Of a stretch of 64,000 nt of DNA, positions 44,751 through 53,765 are shown in pieces. Position 1 is the first letter of the stretch, and every line of letters begins with the position of its first letter. Below the pieces are notes generated by a model that was given only the letters and a program-made list of their open reading frames with translations, had not been told where the DNA came from and searched no databases. Source of the stretch: Prevotellaceae bacterium (lineage in GTDB: Bacteria > Bacteroidota > Bacteroidia > Bacteroidales > UBA932); NCBI GenBank assembly GCA_031263585.1, contig JAISFN010000096.1, forward strand, positions 2,849 to 66,848. Reading direction: 5' to 3'. The position numbers were made by a program, and so were the translations under genes.

Positions 44751-45803
44751 ATGCGGTTATCTCGGAAACAAGCCATATTTTTATCAATTATAACCGGGTT
44801 AATTCTGTTTATTTTCTTATGCCGTTGGCAGCAAAGCGTTGCCGAATGGTATATGCAAAATATTTATCCGGCGCTGGCAAGCGTATTGTCTTTTATTTCT
44901 TCTAAAATACCGTTTTCGTTATTCGATATATTTATAACGCTGTATGTCATTGCTTTTATAGTCAGTATTATTTTGTTGATGTTGTGTAAAATTAAATTCA
45001 AAAAATGGCTTAAGATATTACTGTACAGCATTGCCGTTATTTTTGTATGGTTTTATATGGCATGGGGTATCTCATATTTTCGTAAAGATTTTTATGCCCG
45101 TACCGATACGCCTAAAGCCGATTTTGATAGTACCAACTTCAAATATTTTTTAACCGACTACATTGAAGAACTCAATGCTTCCTATATTCCTATAAATAGA
45201 GTTGATTACAAGGATATTGACCAAAGTATCGAATCATCCTATCAAAAATTGCAGAATATACTACGCATACCCTATCCTTGCGGTCATCGTACTGTAAAAC
45301 AGATGATTTATCAAAAATGGGTAACAAAATCAGGAGTATCGGGTTATTTCGGGCCGTTTTTTAACGAGGTGCATGTAAACCGTTACTCTTTGCCGTTTGA
45401 GCAACCCAATATCATAGCTCACGAAAAAGCTCACCAGCTTGGAGTATCGAGCGAAGCCGAATGCAATTTATATGCGTATATCGTGTGTACATTAAGCGAT
45501 AAAGGAACTGTGCGGTATAGCGGTTATTTTGAAGCATTGGGGTATATACTAAGTAATATACGAAAACTATTGTCTGACGAATTTCTGGTATGGTACAATA
45601 AAATCAGACCTGAAATTATAGAGGATTATAAGGCATCTTACGGGCATTGGAATGCGGCAATCAATCCCCAAGTATTTGCAATTCAAAATAAAGTATACGA
45701 TACCTACCTTAAAAACAATAAAATAAAAACAGGGGTTGCCAATTATTCCGAAATGGTTGCCTTGCTTGTTTCATGGCATAATAATCAGCGTAGAATAAAA
45801 TAA
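44751..45803 (+). CDS. DUF3810-type membrane-anchored putative zinc metalloprotease
   Basis: 350 aa. N-terminal TM helices and the HExxH motif IIAHEKAHQLG. The size and layout fit DUF3810 proteins of Bacteroidota. Confidence 0.65.
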   Translation: MRLSRKQAIFLSIITGLILFIFLCRWQQSVAEWYMQNIYPALASVLSFISSKIPFSLFDIFITLYVIAFIVSIILLMLCKIKFKKWLKILLYSIAVIFVWFYMAWGISYFRKDFYARTDTPKADFDSTNFKYFLTDYIEELNASYIPINRVDYKDIDQSIESSYQKLQNILRIPYPCGHRTVKQMIYQKWVTKSGVSGYFGPFFNEVHVNRYSLPFEQPNIIAHEKAHQLGVSSEAECNLYAYIVCTLSDKGTVRYSGYFEALGYILSNIRKLLSDEFLVWYNKIRPEIIEDYKASYGHWNAAINPQVFAIQNKVYDTYLKNNKIKTGVANYSEMVALLVSWHNNQRRIK

Positions 45804-45821
45804 ATCGTTTTTTAGTCAGGT

Positions 45822-45900
45822 CAAACGCATGAAATTATATTTTACACTGGATTACCCGCAGTGAGCTCGCAAAACTCGCCGCGGGTAATCCAGTATTTTT
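45822..45900 (+). terminator. Terminator module (family D, copy 1): conserved 27-mer followed by a 13-bp stem hairpin and a T-run
   Basis: The 27-mer is CAAACGCATGAAATTATATTTTACACT (45822-45848). It is followed by CTGGATTACCCGC-(21 nt)-GCGGGTAATCCAG (45847-45893) and then TATTTTTCATTTTTT. Confidence 0.75.
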
Positions 45901-45999
45901 CATTTTTTATCTCAATAATTAAACATATATCGTTGTGTATTAATAATTTAATATATAATTATTTTTTTATGCATTTGTCGTGATTTTTTAGTTAAAAAA

Positions 46000-46030
46000 T
46001 TTGGAGGGGAAAAAAATAAATGTACATTTG
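46000..46030 (+). promoter_or_regulatory. Candidate Bacteroidota promoter of the TetR gene (-33 TTTG and -7 TAnnTTTG)
   Basis: TTTG lies at 46000-46003 and TACATTTG at 46023-46030, spaced 19 bp apart. The ATG is at 46073. Confidence 0.5.
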
Positions 46031-46034
46031 CATG

Positions 46035-46055
46035 TAATTAACTAAATTGTTAAAC
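46035..46055. promoter_or_regulatory. Palindromic operator-like site 1 (TTAAC-N6-GTTAA), immediately after the tetR -7 box
   Basis: TAATTAACTAAATTGTTAAAC is 18/21 identical to the site at 46705-46725. Confidence 0.5.
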
Positions 46056-46072
46056 AAAAAAGTTAATAATGA

Positions 46073-46690
46073 ATGGGAGAAAAAGATACCGGGACTGAAC
46101 AAGACATTTTGGGAGCCGCTGAAGAAGTGTTTATTAAAAAAGGCTATGCGGCAACAAAAACCACTGAAATAGCCAAACTTGCAGGTATTAACCATGCTAT
46201 GCTGCATTATTATTTTCGCACAAAAGAAAATTTGTTCAATGTTGTTTTCCAAAAAAAGGTGAAGCTTATGGCTGATTCGTTTTTTTTAGTGGCTCAGGAA
46301 AAAAAGCCTTTTCTTGAAATAGTTCAAATGACTGTTGAAAGGCATTTTGATTTTATAAGAGGAAATTCTTATTTAGCAATATTCATTATTAATGAAATAA
46401 ATAGTAATGAAAAAAACAGTCAGGTTTGGCGGAATATTGCGTTACCTATTTTTAAAAATGTAATTAAAACTATTGATATGATGATGAAGGTTGAAATAAG
46501 CAAAGGAACTATTCGTAATATCGATGCAATCGATTTTATTTTGAATATCATATCATTAAATATTTTTGTATTTGCGGCGCAGCCGATATTAAAAGGGTTG
46601 AAAAATGTAAGTGAAGAAGAATATGAAAAGTTTTTAGACAATCGTAAAAAAGAAAATGTGCGTTTAGCTTTGTTGGCGCTACAGCCTTAA
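46073..46690 (+). CDS. TetR/AcrR-family transcriptional regulator
   Basis: 205 aa. The N-terminal HTH is AAEEVFIKKGYAATKTTEIAKLAGINHAMLHYYFRTKENLF. Confidence 0.85.
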   Translation: MGEKDTGTEQDILGAAEEVFIKKGYAATKTTEIAKLAGINHAMLHYYFRTKENLFNVVFQKKVKLMADSFFLVAQEKKPFLEIVQMTVERHFDFIRGNSYLAIFIINEINSNEKNSQVWRNIALPIFKNVIKTIDMMMKVEISKGTIRNIDAIDFILNIISLNIFVFAAQPILKGLKNVSEEEYEKFLDNRKKENVRLALLALQP

Positions 46691-46704
46691 ATTTTTTTAT
46701 TACA

Positions 46705-46725
46705 TAATTAACAGAATTGTTAAAT
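46705..46725. promoter_or_regulatory. Palindromic operator-like site 2 (TTAAC-N6-GTTAA), downstream of tetR and upstream of the efflux operon
   Basis: The sequence is TAATTAACAGAATTGTTAAAT. Confidence 0.45.
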
Positions 46726-46811
46726 AATAGGTATAATATGTTAATGTGGCAATTTATTATATGGTGAATAGTTAATGGTGAAGGGTAAAATGTTATTTGT
46801 TATATTAGGAG

Positions 46812-46864
46812 TCCAATAAATATTTACATAAATATTATTTATATTTATCATATTATCAATATAT
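46812..46864 (+). repeat. 53-bp direct repeat, left copy (upstream of the efflux operon)
   Basis: TCCAATAAATATTTACATAAATATTATTTATATTTATCATATTATCAATATAT matches 53713-53765 at 46 of 53 positions, counted by hand. Confidence 0.7.
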
Positions 46865-47260
46865 TAAAAATAGTGGTAATGCGTTAAAACTAAATCAAAT
46901 TATTTTATTAATTTGAAATATATTGGTGATTGAATATTGTTTTAATAATTTTACAATAAGCATTTTATGATTTTATAAATACGACAATAATTGATTTTGA
47001 CTACTTAATATATTGTTTGTTAGATAATTTAAAAATATGACTTTAACCATTTTAAACATTGAGATATATTTTCAATTCAAATCAAAAAACAAAAATCATT
47101 TATATTTCGTTTACATCTAAGATATTACATGTTTGATTTAAAAGTTAATACATCACTACTATTATTAAAATATAAAATCTTAAATTATATAATTTACTCA
47201 TCGACATATCATTAACAAATTACACATTAATACATTTTTTAACTATTAAAGTTAACTCAT

Positions 47261-48514
47261 ATGAGGTGGATTTTTATTATACTGATTATATTTTGGAGAG
47301 GGTATGTAACATGCCTCGCACAGTTGAGCTTGGATGAATGCCAGCAATTGGCTCGAGAGAATTACCCGATGATAAAGCAATTCGATTTGATTGAAAAATC
47401 GAAAGAAATGAATCTTTCCAATGCGGCAAGAGCCTATTTACCTCAGTTTAGTATGACCGGCATAGCAAGCCTGGTTTACGGTTTATCGGAGATGAGTATG
47501 CTGGGAGCCGAAGCGCCGGAAAATAAACACCATAAATTTCTCGGGATTGCGCAGCTTAATCAAGTTATCTGGGACGGGGGATCAACTAAGGCTCGGCAAA
47601 AAATTATGGCGGCTACAGCCGAGGTGGATCGGCAAAATATCGAGGTGATATTATATACAATTAATGAACGGATAAATCAGATTTATTTAGGTATTTTACT
47701 GATTGACGAGCAATTGAAGCAAGTAGATATTTTAGATGATAATCTGAGTAAGAATTTAAAACGAGCCGAAACCGCCTGTAAAAATGGCACAGTCTACCCG
47801 TCGGATTTGGATAAGATAAGAGTTGAGATATTAAATTCCGGGCAATCCCGTATCAATTTGAATAGCCAGCGAAAGGCATATATCGAGATGCTGTCGGTTA
47901 TGATTAATAAAAACCTGGATCCTGACATCCAGCTCAATACCCTTACCGACAATGGAACAGTTTTGACGGAAACTATTAATCGCCCCGAACTGAGTCTTTA
48001 CAAACAACAACGTCTTTTATACGACGCTCAAAATTTGGTTTACAATTCGCGTATTATGCCTAAAATTGGACTAATGGGTTATGCAATCGGGCTGGCTCCG
48101 GGTATAAAACTAGGCAACAGTAATATGGATCATTTATTAATGGCAGGCGTTAGTTTATCATGGAATATCGGTGGATTATATACTCGTAAAAACGACCGTA
48201 ACATAATAAAAATAAATCAATTGATGCTTGATGCCCAACAAGAGGCTTTTTTATTCAATACAAATCTTGAACTAAAACAAAGCAATGAACAGGTGAAACG
48301 GACAAAACAATTAATGGATAAGGATGATGAAATTATCAGTTTGTGCGAAAATATTAAAAGGGCTACCGAAATTAAATACGAGAATGGAGCTTGTACAATG
48401 ACCGATTTGGTAAACGATATTAACGCCGAAAACATGGCAAGGCAGAATAAAGCCCTGCATAAAATCGAATACCTGATGAGTATTTATATCTATAAAACAA
48501 TATCAGGCAATTAA
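47261..48514 (+). CDS. TolC-family outer membrane efflux protein
   Basis: 417 aa. Signal peptide, LSLDECQQLARENYP start, and two coiled-coil/barrel repeats typical of OEP/TolC proteins. Confidence 0.8.
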   Translation: MRWIFIILIIFWRGYVTCLAQLSLDECQQLARENYPMIKQFDLIEKSKEMNLSNAARAYLPQFSMTGIASLVYGLSEMSMLGAEAPENKHHKFLGIAQLNQVIWDGGSTKARQKIMAATAEVDRQNIEVILYTINERINQIYLGILLIDEQLKQVDILDDNLSKNLKRAETACKNGTVYPSDLDKIRVEILNSGQSRINLNSQRKAYIEMLSVMINKNLDPDIQLNTLTDNGTVLTETINRPELSLYKQQRLLYDAQNLVYNSRIMPKIGLMGYAIGLAPGIKLGNSNMDHLLMAGVSLSWNIGGLYTRKNDRNIIKINQLMLDAQQEAFLFNTNLELKQSNEQVKRTKQLMDKDDEIISLCENIKRATEIKYENGACTMTDLVNDINAENMARQNKALHKIEYLMSIYIYKTISGN

Positions 48515-48540
48515 ATTAGTACTTAAAAATATTTTTCGAT

Positions 48541-48630
48541 ATATTTTGTCATCCTGAGCGAAGCGAAGGACTTCTTTATTTGATGGGATGCAAAATGCTT
48601 CACTGGCACTCAACATGACAACAGCAACTA
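48541..48630 (-). repeat. MITE-like intergenic element, family A, copy 3 (inverted), inserted between tolC and hlyD
   Basis: ATATTTTGTCATCCTGAGCGAAGCGAAGGAC...GCTTCACTGGCACTCAACATGACAACAGCAACTA has imperfect 13-bp terminal inverted repeats, TTGTCATCCTGAG / TTGTCATGTTGAG. Confidence 0.85.
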
Positions 48631-48708
48631 TACCATATAATTATTATCAATTAATTAATACATTATCTGGATAAAAATAAACGGTAAATTATAAACAATA
48701 GTGATAAG

Positions 48709-49605
48709 ATGAAAAAAACGGGATTTATAATTTTAATGATGCCTATATTACTTACGTCATGCAACAGAAATAAGTTCCAGTATGATGCGTCGGGGACTTT
48801 CGAAGCAACCGAAATTCTTGTATCTTCCGAAGCTTCGGGCAGGATAGAGACCCTTGATGTTGAAGAAGGTAAACTGCTTGAAGCCGGTAAAATGGTTGGC
48901 TATATCGATAGCACGCAGCTTTATTTGAAAAAACTGCAATTGATGAGTTCGCGCAAGGCTTTGCAAGTAAGCCGCCCCGATATTAACAAACAAATAGTTG
49001 CCACCCAGGAGGAGATTTCTCAACTTAAAATCGAAAAAATACGTATCGAGAACCTTTTAAAAGGAGATGCTGCAACTCAGCAGCAGTTCGATAATATTGA
49101 CGCGCAGTTGAAAGTGGTTGAAGGTAAGCTGGCAGCCCAAATGAACTCGTTACAAAGCAATATCGGCAACCTTAATGAACAAAGTGTGGCGATAGCTATC
49201 CAGATAACTCAGATTGACAACCAATTGGCAAAATGCCAAATAGTTAATCCGGTTACGGGTACTGTGCTGAAAAAATACGCCGAGGCGTTTGAAATAAACA
49301 GTCCTGCCCGCCCATTGTATAAAATTGCCGATATTGGAACCCTCTACTTGCGGGCATACATTCGCTCGGAGCAACTGACTCAGTTGAAACTCGGGCAAAT
49401 GTTAACCGTATATACCGACTTTGGCGCCAACAACCGTAAAGAATATAGTGGTAAAATAAGCTGGATATCGGATAAAGCCGAGTTTACTCCCAAAACCATC
49501 CAAACAAAAGATGAACGGGCAAATTTGGTTTACGCTGTTAAAATTGCCGTAAAAAATGATGGCTACTTGAAAATAGGCATGTATGGCGATATAAAGTTCG
49601 AGTGA
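48709..49605 (+). CDS. HlyD-family periplasmic adaptor (membrane fusion protein)
   Basis: 298 aa. Lipobox-like LLTSC, a biotinyl-lipoyl-like VSSEASGRIETLDVEEG, a long coiled coil, and a beta-barrel tail. Confidence 0.8.
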   Translation: MKKTGFIILMMPILLTSCNRNKFQYDASGTFEATEILVSSEASGRIETLDVEEGKLLEAGKMVGYIDSTQLYLKKLQLMSSRKALQVSRPDINKQIVATQEEISQLKIEKIRIENLLKGDAATQQQFDNIDAQLKVVEGKLAAQMNSLQSNIGNLNEQSVAIAIQITQIDNQLAKCQIVNPVTGTVLKKYAEAFEINSPARPLYKIADIGTLYLRAYIRSEQLTQLKLGQMLTVYTDFGANNRKEYSGKISWISDKAEFTPKTIQTKDERANLVYAVKIAVKNDGYLKIGMYGDIKFE

Positions 49606-49722
49606 TTATTCGTTAATGCTTAATAGTAAAGTGTAAAGCGTTAATTTGTTAATGAGAAAATTAAAGAATGTGAGAATTGTTTTCAAATTCATTCATTTAC
49701 GTATTATCTCATTAAAAAAATT
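49606..49722. repeat. AT-rich nested-hairpin intergenic element (family C, copy 2), inserted between hlyD and the ABC genes
   Basis: ...TTAATAGTAAAGTGTAAAGCGTTAATTTGTTAATGAGAAAATT...CATTCATTTACGTATTATCTCATTAAAAAAA is collinear with 14020-14110. It contains an inverted repeat, TAATGAGA / TCTCATTA. Confidence 0.6.
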
Positions 49723-49809
49723 ATATGTCGTGTGCCTTGATACGTGATACCATTTTAAAATTATCCTTTTGTCTTCAATCTATATAAGCTCTAATAAATT
49801 ATTGCAGTA

Positions 49810-50694
49810 ATGGTAACGGTGCAAAATATTACAAAACAATACGGTAAAACCGAAGCCTTGAAAAATGTCAGCTTTTCGACAGGAGTGGGAGAGATTTTCG
49901 GTATTATTGGCCCCGATGGTGCTGGTAAAACCACGTTGTTCCGTATACTTACCACATTACTTCTGCCCGACAGCGGAACGGCTATCGTTAATGGACTGGA
50001 TGTTGTGAAGGATTATAAACAAATACGTAATAATGTGGGATATATGCCAGGTCGATTTTCGCTGTATCAGGATTTGACCGTAGAAGAAAATCTGAATTTT
50101 TTTGCTGCGGTATTCAATACCACGGTTAAGGAAAACTATTATCTTATTAAAGGTATTTACAAGCAGATAGAGCCTTTTAAAAAGCGTAAAGCGGGCGCTT
50201 TATCAGGTGGAATGAAACAGAAACTTGCGTTGAGTTGCGCCCTTGTTCACAAACCAGAAGTGTTGTTTTTAGACGAACCCACAACGGGCGTAGATCCGGT
50301 ATCGCGTAAAGAATTCTGGGAAATGCTGAAAGACCTCAAAAAACAAGGTATTACCATTCTTGTATCGACACCTTATATGGATGAGGCCGCTTTGTGTGAT
50401 CATATAGCTTTGATACAACTGGGGCGGATAATGAGCATAAATACGCCGCAACAAATAGTGGCTGAGTACCGGAATAAGCTGTATGCTACAAAATCGGAGA
50501 GTAATTACCGTTTACTTAAGCAATTAAAATTGCGCAGTGATGTTGCGTCATGTTACATATCAGGCGAATATTTACATGTGGTTTTTAAAAACAACACGGC
50601 GCCGTTTATCGAAAATGTAGAAATACACAATATACAACCTACAATCGAAGACTGCTTTATACAACTGATGGGAGTAAATAATGTTGACAGATAA
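49810..50694 (+). CDS. ABC transporter ATP-binding protein (first of two, YbhF-like half)
   Basis: Walker A GPDGAGKTT, signature LSGGMKQK, Walker B LFLDEPT. Confidence 0.9.
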   Translation: MVTVQNITKQYGKTEALKNVSFSTGVGEIFGIIGPDGAGKTTLFRILTTLLLPDSGTAIVNGLDVVKDYKQIRNNVGYMPGRFSLYQDLTVEENLNFFAAVFNTTVKENYYLIKGIYKQIEPFKKRKAGALSGGMKQKLALSCALVHKPEVLFLDEPTTGVDPVSRKEFWEMLKDLKKQGITILVSTPYMDEAALCDHIALIQLGRIMSINTPQQIVAEYRNKLYATKSESNYRLLKQLKLRSDVASCYISGEYLHVVFKNNTAPFIENVEIHNIQPTIEDCFIQLMGVNNVDR

Positions 50695-51424
50695 AATTAT
50701 AGTAGCAGAAAATCTGACTAAAAAATTCGGTGATTTTACGGCTGTCGATAATGTCTCGTTTACAGTGAACAGGGGAGAGATATTCGGTTTTTTGGGAGCT
50801 AACGGAGCGGGAAAAACCACCGCCATGCGCATGCTGTGCGGCCTAAGCAAGCCTACTTCGGGCAAAGGTTGGGTAGCAGGATTCGACATTTGGAAACAAT
50901 CGGAAAAAGTAAAGAAGAATATCGGTTACATGAGCCAAAAATTTTCTTTATACAAAGATTTAAAGGTATGGGAAAATATCCGTCTGTTTGCTGGAATTTA
51001 TGGTATGAAAGATAAAGAGATTGCTGTTAAAGCCGATGAAATGCTTAATCGCTTGGAATTTATTAATGAGAGGAATACTTTGGTAAAACAATTACCCTTG
51101 GGCTGGAAACAAAAGCTGGCTTTTTCCATCGCAATTTTTCATGAGCCTCAGATTGTGTTTCTGGATGAACCTACTGGAGGCGTTGACCCTACAACGCGCC
51201 GCCAGTTTTGGGAACTAATATACCATGCATCCGGTCAGGGCATTACCGTATTTGTTACAACCCATTATATGGACGAGGCAGAGTATTGCAACCGTGTATC
51301 CATTATGGTTGATGGACGGATTGATGCACTGGACACTCCGGCTAAATTGAAACAACAATTCGGCGTTTTGAATATGGATGAAGTTTTTCAACAATTGGCA
51401 CGACATGCAAAACGTAGCGGATAA
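50681..51424 (+). CDS. ABC transporter ATP-binding protein (second of two)
   Basis: Walker A GANGAGKTT, degenerate signature LPLGWKQK, Walker B VFLDEPT. It overlaps the previous gene by 14 bp. Confidence 0.9.
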   Translation: MLTDKIIVAENLTKKFGDFTAVDNVSFTVNRGEIFGFLGANGAGKTTAMRMLCGLSKPTSGKGWVAGFDIWKQSEKVKKNIGYMSQKFSLYKDLKVWENIRLFAGIYGMKDKEIAVKADEMLNRLEFINERNTLVKQLPLGWKQKLAFSIAIFHEPQIVFLDEPTGGVDPTTRRQFWELIYHASGQGITVFVTTHYMDEAEYCNRVSIMVDGRIDALDTPAKLKQQFGVLNMDEVFQQLARHAKRSG

Positions 51425-51430
51425 ATTATT

Positions 51431-52537
51431 ATGAATCAGTTTTTATCGTTTGTAAAAAAAGAATTCCGACATATTTTCCGCGATAAGCGCACTATGCTTA
51501 TTTTGCTAGGCATGCCCATTGCGCAAATTATTTTGTTTGGTTTTGCTATCACTACGGAAGTGCAGAACATCAGGGTAGCCGTACTCGATTCATCTAAAGA
51601 TATTTCGACACAGCGGATTATTGACCGGATAGATGCCAGTAAATATTTCAACATCGCCCAAACAATACATAATTATGATGAGGTCGACAAGGTTTTTCAG
51701 TGTGGGGATGCCGACCTTGTAATAGTTTTTGAAGAACGTTTTAACGAAAACCTCATACATACGGGTAAGGCCCAAATCCAGCTTATTGCTGATGCCACAG
51801 ACCCAAATACGGCAACTACCGAAATCAATTATATTACAAGTATAATCAATAGTGTACAACTCGAATTGATGGGTACAAACTTTGTTCCCATACAAATTAT
51901 TCCCGAAATACGTATGCTTTATAATCCGCAGATGAAAAGCGCCTATAATTTTGTGCCGGGTGTTATGGGGTTGATTTTAATGCTAGTATGTTCCATGATG
52001 ACATCTATTTCGATTGTGCGCGAAAAAGAAATGGGTACTATGGAGATTTTACTGGTATCCCCGATGAGGCCGATTTACATCGTACTTTCGAAAGTGATGC
52101 CCTACTTTTTATTATCGTGCGTTAACCTTACTACTATTCTTTTGCTTTCGGTGTTTGTACTCGGTGTACCTGTTGCAGGAAGTTTGTTCTGGTTAATTCT
52201 CGTCTCGTTCGTTTTCATTGTGGTGTCTTTATCGCTGGGCATGTTAATCTCAACCTTGGCTGTAAATCAGGTTGCAGCTATGCTTATGTCAGGTATGGTA
52301 CTGATGATGCCCGTTCTTTTACTGTCGGGTATGATATTTCCCATTGAAAATATGCCGCAGATATTACAATGGTTGTCGAATATTATTCCGGCACGCTGGT
52401 ATATATCGGCTATCCGTAAATTAATGATTGAGGGAACAGCTATTACGTTTGTACTTAAAGAACTAGCTATTTTATTGTTTATGGCTTTCTTTTTTATTAC
52501 AGTTAGTTTAAAGAAATTTAAAATACGGCTTCAATAA
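51431..52537 (+). CDS. ABC-2 type transporter permease (YbhS/YbhR-like)
   Basis: 368 aa. N-terminal TM, a large periplasmic loop, and a five-TM C-terminal ABC-2 domain. Confidence 0.85.
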   Translation: MNQFLSFVKKEFRHIFRDKRTMLILLGMPIAQIILFGFAITTEVQNIRVAVLDSSKDISTQRIIDRIDASKYFNIAQTIHNYDEVDKVFQCGDADLVIVFEERFNENLIHTGKAQIQLIADATDPNTATTEINYITSIINSVQLELMGTNFVPIQIIPEIRMLYNPQMKSAYNFVPGVMGLILMLVCSMMTSISIVREKEMGTMEILLVSPMRPIYIVLSKVMPYFLLSCVNLTTILLLSVFVLGVPVAGSLFWLILVSFVFIVVSLSLGMLISTLAVNQVAAMLMSGMVLMMPVLLLSGMIFPIENMPQILQWLSNIIPARWYISAIRKLMIEGTAITFVLKELAILLFMAFFFITVSLKKFKIRLQ

Positions 52538-53649
52538 TGGTACTTAAATATTTAATAGAAAAGGAATTTAAGCAAATCAGGCGGAACTCTTTTCTCCCGC
52601 GGTTAATTTTAATATTCCCGTGTTTAATAATGCTGGTTGCCCCGTGGATTGTAAATCTTGAGGTAAAAGATATCGGTCTTAATGTAATTGACCATGACCA
52701 CAGTACATATTCCGGAAAACTGATTCAAAAAATCGGCTCATCTGGATATTTCCGTATAACTGATTTGTCCGGTTCGTATGCCGAAGCCATGCAGAGCATC
52801 CAATCGAATGAATCGGATATTATTTTAGAAATAAAACTGGGGTTTGAATCCGATTTGCTGAAAGAAGGGTCTACGCAGGTTTTGATTGCCGCCAATGCGG
52901 TTAACGGAACCAAAGGCGGGCTGGGTAGCAATTATCTGGCGCAGATAATAAACGAATACTCCACCGAAATCCGTGAAAATTTTCAACCTTTACCAAATAC
53001 TGCAATACCGGTTATTGATGTTGTACCGCAAAATCGCTTTAATCCCCACCTGGATTATAAAGTGTTTATTGTGCCGGCCCAAATGGTTTTGTTATTAACC
53101 ATACTTTGCGGCTTTTTACCCGCTTTAAATATTGTGGGGGAAAAAGAAACAGGTACTATTGAGCAAATAAATGTTACCCCGGTAGTTAAATTTACGTTTA
53201 TTATTGCTAAACTTATACCTTACTGGATAATTGGTTTTGTTGTGCTTAGCCTTTGTTTTGTGATAGCGGCTTTGGTTTACGGTATTGTTCCTACGGGTAG
53301 TTTGTTAACCGTATACCTTTTTGCCGGCCTGTTTGTTTTAAGTTATTCGGGTATCGGGCTGGTGGTATCAAACTATTCAGGCACTATGCAGCAAGCCATG
53401 TTTGTAATGTTCTTTTTTACTATTATACTGATATTAATGAGCGGGATGTTTACGCCGGTAAACAATATGCCGCAATGGGCGCAAATCGTTACAATTTTTA
53501 ACCCATTGAAATATTTTATCCAGGTAATGCACTTGGTTTACCTTAAAGGTAGCGGCGTTTGGGCTCTCTGTTCTCAATTTATAGCTTTACTGGGTTTTGC
53601 CGTTTTCTTTAATACATGGGCTATATTGAGCTATCGAAAAAAAGCATGA
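52537..53649 (+). CDS. ABC-2 type transporter permease (second paralogue)
   Basis: 370 aa, with the same architecture. Its start overlaps the previous stop by 1 nt. Confidence 0.85.
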   Translation: MVLKYLIEKEFKQIRRNSFLPRLILIFPCLIMLVAPWIVNLEVKDIGLNVIDHDHSTYSGKLIQKIGSSGYFRITDLSGSYAEAMQSIQSNESDIILEIKLGFESDLLKEGSTQVLIAANAVNGTKGGLGSNYLAQIINEYSTEIRENFQPLPNTAIPVIDVVPQNRFNPHLDYKVFIVPAQMVLLLTILCGFLPALNIVGEKETGTIEQINVTPVVKFTFIIAKLIPYWIIGFVVLSLCFVIAALVYGIVPTGSLLTVYLFAGLFVLSYSGIGLVVSNYSGTMQQAMFVMFFFTIILILMSGMFTPVNNMPQWAQIVTIFNPLKYFIQVMHLVYLKGSGVWALCSQFIALLGFAVFFNTWAILSYRKKA

Positions 53650-53712
53650 CAATATAAGAGACATAGTATCAGGTAGTAATATTTTTTGCTAATTTTGTAA
53701 ATTATATGAAAG

Positions 53713-53765
53713 TTCAATAAATATTTACATATATATTGCTGATATTTATTATATTATCAATATTT
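53713..53765 (+). repeat. 53-bp direct repeat, right copy (64 bp downstream of the efflux operon)
   Basis: TTCAATAAATATTTACATATATATTGCTGATATTTATTATATTATCAATATTT matches 46812-46864 at 46/53. Confidence 0.7.
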
